NCBI GenBank assembly: GCA_013329055.1
Contig: DUKY01000016.1
Span: forward strand, 4,559-68,558
DNA length: 64,000 bases
Direction: 5' to 3'
Source of the DNA: Nanobdellota archaeon
GTDB taxonomy: Archaea > Nanobdellota > Nanobdellia > Pacearchaeales > GW2011-AR1
Numbering within the stretch: position 1 is the stretch's first letter; each line of letters starts with the position of its first letter. This document shows positions 59,015-64,000 of this stretch, one piece after another. Position numbers and translations under genes: made by a program. The notes beneath the pieces were generated by a model. It did not search any database. It saw nothing but the letters and a program-made list of their open reading frames with translations, and was not told the origin of the DNA.

Positions 59015-59370
59015 ATGGAACTGCTGGGGCATTTAATGTTGATCCAAATAATGCTGGGGGTCCTTTACTTAATACTACTTCTGGTTTAGAGATTCATTGA
59101 TATGAATCTCTAATAATCTTTTTGAAGGCAAGCAAAGCTTGCATGAGATTAAACAAAAAGATGATAATGTTACAATTACTTCTGCAGGTGGAAGTGTGAT
59201 TATAAGATTAGGTTAATGATGTTACAATTACTTCTGCTTACTCGCAACTTCGCACAGTGGAAGTGTGATATAGAGATTCATTGATATGAATCTCTAATAA
59301 TCTTTTTGAACAACGGCACAGCAAAGCTTGCATGAGATTAAACAAAAAGATCATTATTAGATGGGGTTAA
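59014..59370 (+). pseudogene. two relic copies of the fibre gene 3' end interrupted by palindromic inserts
   Basis: NGTAGAFNVDPNNAGGPLLNTTSG-[80 bp]-NVTITSAGGSVIIRLG* (to 59216); VTITSA-[ins]-GSV-[ins]-IIRWG* (to 59370). Confidence 0.88.
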
Positions 59371-59427
59371 TTATTTAAATTTGAATTGTGTGATAAGATA
59401 TATAAATATAATTTCTTTTTAACATAA

Positions 59428-59721
59428 ATGGAATTAACTAAAGAATTAATATTAACAACGATAAAAAAAAATAAAAGAAAATTAAGTGAACATAATGTAA
59501 AAAAAATTGGATTATTTGGTTCATTTGTGAAAGAACAACAAAAATCCACAAGTGATATTGATATTTTAATTGAATTTACAAAAGTGAATATTGATAAATA
59601 TCTTTATGTTTTAAATTTATTAGAAAAATTGTTTAATAAAAAAGTTGATTTGGTTATTGAAAAAAATTTAAAACCGGAATTAAAATATGTAATAAAAGAA
59701 GCTGAATATGTCAAAATATGA
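59428..59721 (+). CDS. MNT nucleotidyltransferase antitoxin
   Basis: IGLFGSFVK.QQ...SDIDILIEF..KKVDLV. Confidence 0.9.
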   Translation: MELTKELILTTIKKNKRKLSEHNVKKIGLFGSFVKEQQKSTSDIDILIEFTKVNIDKYLYVLNLLEKLFNKKVDLVIEKNLKPELKYVIKEAEYVKI

Positions 59722-60052
59722 TTTATATCTAAATGATATTCTTAGAGCAATTAATTCAATTGAAACATCCATTCTAAAAAAGACATTTAAAGATTTTGAA
59801 TTGGATAATAATTTAATTGATGCCTCGTCCATGAGACTTCAAATAATTGGTGAATCAGTAAATAAATTATCTCCAATACATAATAAATATAAGAATGTTA
59901 ATTGGAAAAAATACCTTCAAACAAGAAATATAATTAGTCATGCTTATTTTGCAATTGATTTAGATATTATCTGGTCGATAATAAAAAAAGATATTCCTAA
60001 ACTAAAAAAAGAAATTCAAGAGATAATACAAAAAGAAAATTTACTGGAATAA
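59708..60052 (+). CDS. HepT/DUF86 HEPN toxin
   Basis: LQIIGES..W....TRNIISHAYF.ID..IIW. Confidence 0.9.
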   Translation: MSKYDLYLNDILRAINSIETSILKKTFKDFELDNNLIDASSMRLQIIGESVNKLSPIHNKYKNVNWKKYLQTRNIISHAYFAIDLDIIWSIIKKDIPKLKKEIQEIIQKENLLE

Positions 60053-60061
60053 ATTAATTAA

Positions 60062-60106
60062 ACAATTACCAGTAAAGGTGGAAGTGTTATTATTATATGG
60101 GGTTAA
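60062..60106 (+). pseudogene. third relic of the fibre gene 3' end
   Basis: TITSKGGSVIIIWG* followed by the same ttatttaaatttgaattg flank as at 59371. Confidence 0.8.
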
Positions 60107-60136
60107 TTATTTAAATTTGAATTGATTAGGAGCTTT

Positions 60137-60535
60137 ATGAAAAAAGAAAGATTTTTATTGTATGATTCAGGTAAAGAGAAAGTTAGTATTGAAGTTTTTT
60201 TCAAAGATGAAAATATATGGTTGACACAAAAATTAATGGCTGAGCTTTTTGGAGTTGATAGAAGTGTAATTACAAAGCATTTGAGAAATATCTTTGAAGA
60301 TCAAGAACTAAACGAAAGTTCAGTATGTGCAAATTTTGCACATACTGCTAAAGATAAAAAAATTTATACTACTAAGTATTATAATCTTGATGCAATTATT
60401 TCTGTGGGGTACAGAGTGAATTCTCAAAAAGCAACTAAATTTAGAATTTGGGCGACAAAAAAATTAAAAGAATACATCTTGAAAGGGTTTGTTTTGAATG
60501 ATGAACGACTAAAAAATTCTATAATTATTCTTTAA
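60137..60535 (+). pseudogene. RhuM-family protein, N-terminal fragment
   Basis: WLTQKLMAELFGV..ITKHL.NIF..YNLDAIISVGYRVNS..ATKFRIWAT..LKEYILKGFVLNDERLK, then ends against the convergent gene. Confidence 0.8.
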
Positions 60536-61927
60536 TCTCCCAATGTCCCCCTTTATCGGGACCTATTCTCTTTATTTTCTTCTGACTCTTTAATTGGTTT
60601 AAATTAAACTTGATTCCATCTTCGGTAATTCCTATCTTTTTTGCTAGTTCTCTTCTTGATATCTTTGGATTTTCTTTAATTAACTCCAATATTTTCTGGG
60701 TAGTTTTCTGGGTAGTTTTCTGGGTAGTTTTCTGGGTAGTTTTCTGGGTAGTTTTCTGGGTAGTTTTCTGGGTAGTTGTTTCTCCAGCCATTTTACCGAG
60801 CTCTTCTTGAGTTGGTCTAAATAAAGTAACAGCGAAGAATTTACCAAACTGAAATACTGGCTCTTTTAATCCTGCTTTCTTCATTTCTCCCTTAATTCTG
60901 CCTATCCCACTCCCTATATGTTCAACCAATTCTAATTTATTGAATAAACTAAAAATTGTAGGATTCCTAGATAAGCTTCTCGTTCCAAATTCCGACTCTT
61001 TAATAATTAATCCCCCCGGGTTACTTATCTCAACCCTATCATCAAAAATATCCACCTGAATAAAAGCTCCTTTTTCAGAATAATCTCTATGAGTCATAGC
61101 ATTAATGATGCACTCCTTTAATGCTTTATCTGGAATTTCTAACATTTCTTTTCTAGGACCAAATCCCTCCATTCTATAAACTATTTTCAAATTGGTATAA
61201 AGAAACTTTAAAACTTCTTCATAATTAGAAGAAATATCTAATTTGAAATCTTTTTTATCTAAAATAAATTGTTTATCTAATCCCTTAAATAAAACACAGG
61301 TTACGATTGCTTGAGAGATAAACTTCTCAACATTATCGCAAAAGAATAATACTCCCGCATTCTTGAATTTTCTATTTTCAGTGAGAACTCCCATATTCTT
61401 TAGAATAGTCTCATCAGGAATAACTCTGCTTAATTTTGCCTTATTCAAATAAGAAGTAAGCTTTGTTTTATCATAGCCATTATCAAAACTAAATGTTGGA
61501 TGGATTGCTTCATCAAAAAGGATCTTTCTCTCCTTGTTAAAGAATTCCCTAATTTCATCTGTTGATAATTTTTGAGAATTGCTTCCTTGCCTTAGATAAA
61601 AACCTGCTGAGCATCTGTAAGGTTTGTTTATTCCTTCATCAACATCTACGATAAGAATATTATCTATTGTCTCTAAGTTAATTACAATAGAAGGATCGCA
61701 CCCCTTGCTAAATCCTGAATTTCAGATTTCAGCTTATTTGTTATTTGAATACCCTTAACTTTACCATGATCATCTACTCCAATAAAGATTCTTCCTCCTT
61801 CGGTATTCGCAAAAGCTACAATTTCTTTACCTAAATTTTTAGAATCATAATTCTCTTTAAACTCTAATTTCAATCCTTCTCCCTGTTTTAATAAAAATTC
61901 AAACTCTTTTTTATCCATAATTTCCAT
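60525..61927 (-). pseudogene. AlbA_2 + HATPase-like + wHTH paralog, frameshifted
   Basis: The two track ORFs join with +1 nt at the G4 run (61701-61704): ..DLAR|CDPSIVINLE..NKPY; (TTQK)x7 linker. Confidence 0.85.
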
Positions 61928-62061
61928 AAGATTCCTATGTTTTAAAGTTTAACTAAAACAAGCTTCATGTAGAATCCATTGACATATGTCCCTTGATTGC
62001 ACAGGTTAATAGTTAAAAAGTTAAAGAAAAATTTAAATAGTTTTGAGGAGATTATCTGAGT

Positions 62062-62265
62062 ATGGATTTTAATATAATTATTGAAAAAGGTGAAGATGGA
62101 TATCTGATTTCAGAAGTAGTTGAACTTTCAGGATACCATACTCAGGCAAAGGATATGAATGAACTTATCACACGAACAAAAGAAGCTATTTCTTTATGTC
62201 TGAAAGAAGAAGGTGTTGAATTTGAGAAAACTAATTTTATCGGAGTTCAGGAAATAGAGGTGTGA
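62062..62265 (+). CDS. hicB: HicB-family antitoxin (orphan)
   Basis: IIEKGEDGYLISEV.ELSG.HTQA..M.EL....KEAI.L. Confidence 0.82.
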   Translation: MDFNIIIEKGEDGYLISEVVELSGYHTQAKDMNELITRTKEAISLCLKEEGVEFEKTNFIGVQEIEV

Positions 62266-62266
62266 T

Positions 62267-62782
62267 ATGATTTTCATTGTCTTTCTTTCTGCAATCGCAA
62301 TCCTATTTTTTTTCATCGTCAGTATTTCTATGAAAAATATTAAAAATATGAAGATACTTTTTATTATATTTAGTATATTTACTATTATTCCATTACTTGT
62401 CCTAATGTCTTCCGTTATTAACTTAGCTATGGACAGCACTCTTTTTAATATGGGCGATGGCTTGGGTTATATAACTCTAATGTTTTTCTTTGGCCCTATG
62501 TTTTTAATCTCACTCATTTTGTATTTTATTAATTTTTATTTTTTGCAAAAAACAATAAAAGATGAAAAAGTCGTTGCTAATTGGAATTTTTATAAATATG
62601 TAAACATAGCAACAGGCTTTAGTATAATGTTTGGTATAGTGTTTACTTTATTTGTGGAAAATGGAGGATTTGACGAGGTATTAGAAAATATTTTTATAAT
62701 CATTATAGCTTCTGTAATAATATACTTACCCTTTGGGAAAATTTTTAGAATAATAAATTCGTTCGAAAAAAGATATTCCTAA
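62267..62782 (+). CDS. membrane protein, unknown function
   Basis: About 5 TM segments; its stop lies inside the duplicated HepT terminus. Confidence 0.6.
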   Translation: MIFIVFLSAIAILFFFIVSISMKNIKNMKILFIIFSIFTIIPLLVLMSSVINLAMDSTLFNMGDGLGYITLMFFFGPMFLISLILYFINFYFLQKTIKDEKVVANWNFYKYVNIATGFSIMFGIVFTLFVENGGFDEVLENIFIIIIASVIIYLPFGKIFRIINSFEKRYS

Positions 62783-62831
62783 ACTAAAAAAAGAAATTCA
62801 AGAGATAATAAAGGAAGAGAACCTTCAATAA
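62766..62831 (+). repeat. relic copy of the HepT 3' end
   Basis: 45 bp identical to 59984-60028, then KEENLQ* instead of QKENLLE*. Confidence 0.9.
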
Positions 62832-62943
62832 AAAATTAAATATTTAAATAAAAGAAAAAAATTAATTCTTTTTAAAATATCAGTTATACGAAAAAATCGT
62901 GCAACTGAAATTAGAATTTTTGATGGAAAAACTTGACAGTTAT

Positions 62944-63348
62944 TTATGAAGATAATTTAATTAATTCTTCTGTTGTTAATACTGGAATTAAAGATTGTTC
63001 TTTTAAGTGCTTGTCATTTGACCAAATTACAGAATTGGTTGAGAGTGCTAAAGCTAAAAAATCTATGTCTTTTTCATCTGAAATTGACTTCTTTGCAGTT
63101 TTGAAGAAATGCTTATATTCTAATTCATTGATAAATCTAACTGATTCTTCAATCTGTTTTAATCTTGATTTAAATTCTTGCAAAGAAAGTTTTGACTTTA
63201 GCAAACAAACCTTTTTATGTTTCTCAAATTCTGATTTTATAAATTCAGGAGCAATAAATTTAGAATTTAGTGAAAAGAATAAAAAAGATGCTGTTGAATT
63301 TGGGTTCATCAATGAAAATAGTATGTTGCTATCCAATACTAATTTCAT
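62944..63348 (-). CDS. PIN-domain (VapC-like) toxin
   Basis: LVLDSNILFS..D.KDIDFLALAL...IWSNDKHLK. Confidence 0.88.
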   Translation of the reverse strand: MKLVLDSNILFSLMNPNSTASFLFFSLNSKFIAPEFIKSEFEKHKKVCLLKSKLSLQEFKSRLKQIEESVRFINELEYKHFFKTAKKSISDEKDIDFLALALSTNSVIWSNDKHLKEQSLIPVLTTEELIKLSS

Positions 63349-63597
63349 CTACAATAATTTCCTCTTTTTCAAATCTTTAAGTCTTTCTTCTTTTGCTTTT
63401 CTTCCAAGCTCAACAGACCATTTGATTAGTTCTTGTTCTTCTGGAGAATTTAATTTTTCTAACATCTCTTGTTTCCAAGCTAGTTCTTTTGCCTTGGATT
63501 CAATGCAAGAACGAACAAATGCAGACCAGTTTATCTCTGAAAACCTTTTCATTTGTTCTCTTACTTCTTCAGGAATAGATAAAGTGATTGATACCAT
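63349..63597 (-). CDS. RHH antitoxin (VapB-like)
   Basis: MVSITLSIPEEVREQMK.F.EINWS..VR. Confidence 0.82.
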   Translation of the reverse strand: MVSITLSIPEEVREQMKRFSEINWSAFVRSCIESKAKELAWKQEMLEKLNSPEEQELIKWSVELGRKAKEERLKDLKKRKLL

Positions 63598-63757
63598 TAA
63601 AAAACATAAATACGTTGAAATATTTAAATCTTTGGTTTTGGAAAAATCAACAAATGCTTCAAATTTATGGCAGGTAATTTAAGAAATAAAATATATTCCT
63701 GCATATTAGCTAAATTTATTATTTTATAAAAATGTAGTCTACAACTTTTATTTAGTT

Positions 63758-64000
63758 TTATCTAATCAATCTTTCTAGTTTTGTAACTCTCTCTAAAAGA
63801 TCTTTTATTTCTTTTTTATTTTCTTCAAGAATAGTCTTACTGTCATTTGGAATTTTACTTTTTTCAATCCCAAAATATTTTTCAGTTTCCCGTCTAAGAA
63901 TTCCCGCTTTATCCAATTTTTCCCATTTAAATTCCGGTTCATTTCTTCCAAAATGCCCGTAAGTTGCAGTCTTTTTGTAAATCGGTTTTTTTAAATCAAG
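63758..64000 (-). CDS. metK: S-adenosylmethionine synthetase, bacterial/eukaryotic type, 3' end (partial)
   Basis: Not in the ORF track: [32 protein letters not shown].., stop at 63758. Confidence 0.85.
   Translation of the reverse strand, partial: LDLKKPIYKKTATYGHFGRNEPEFKWEKLDKAGILRRETEKYFGIEKSKIPNDSKTILEENKKEIKDLLERVTKLERLIR

Noticed and set aside
58683-59216. Diversity-generating retroelement TR/VR pair
   Set aside because: Mismatches are not adenine-specific in either direction (GTC/GTT, GTT/GTG; A on both sides), are mostly synonymous, and no reverse transcriptase is in the window
62933-63682. 249-aa plus-strand ORF and other overlapping short ORFs (e.g. 994-1275, 35387-35815, 56846-57268, 57719-58207, 60610-60810)
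   Set aside because: Antisense shadows of well-supported genes
1-64000. tRNA/rRNA genes
   Set aside because: No cloverleaf or rRNA-like segment recognised by eye; a tRNAscan-SE run would be needed to exclude them

Overview
AT-rich archaeal chromosome segment, most likely DPANN (Pacearchaeota/Woesearchaeota-like). This is inferred from aIF2-gamma, rpS6e, archaeal YchF, class III signal peptides and TTTATAAA-type TATA boxes. About 1.3-5.3 kb is a decayed island with a RelE-type toxin-antitoxin (TA) pair, a HEPN-motif protein and a tyrosine recombinase remnant at the eif2g 3' end. About 5.3-17.8 kb holds housekeeping genes and a MacB-type ABC/COG1361 module. About 18-31.6 kb holds three paralogous modules, each a class III signal-peptide protein plus a large Cys-rich secreted protein, separated by arrays of nested palindromes. 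About 34.8-58.8 kb is a surface-protein locus: a 958-aa acidic stalk, a 4475-aa protein with eight RCC1-like propellers each inserted in an Ig-like domain, and a 1179-aa tail-fibre-like protein. It is interleaved with TA/defence cassettes that continue to 63.6 kb. The window ends in a bacterial-type metK 3' end. The main unexplained signals are: (i) short modular hairpin elements at gene 3' ends that re-copy the gene terminus in each unit and carry a nested 60-bp insert; (ii) cassettes bracketed by relic gene ends that differ mostly at synonymous sites; (iii) a covarying RNA hairpin ahead of NYN genes; (iv) Cys-rich proteins with a swappable central domain. No rRNA, tRNA, cas or reverse transcriptase gene was seen. 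All family calls come from motif recognition by eye, with no database searches.
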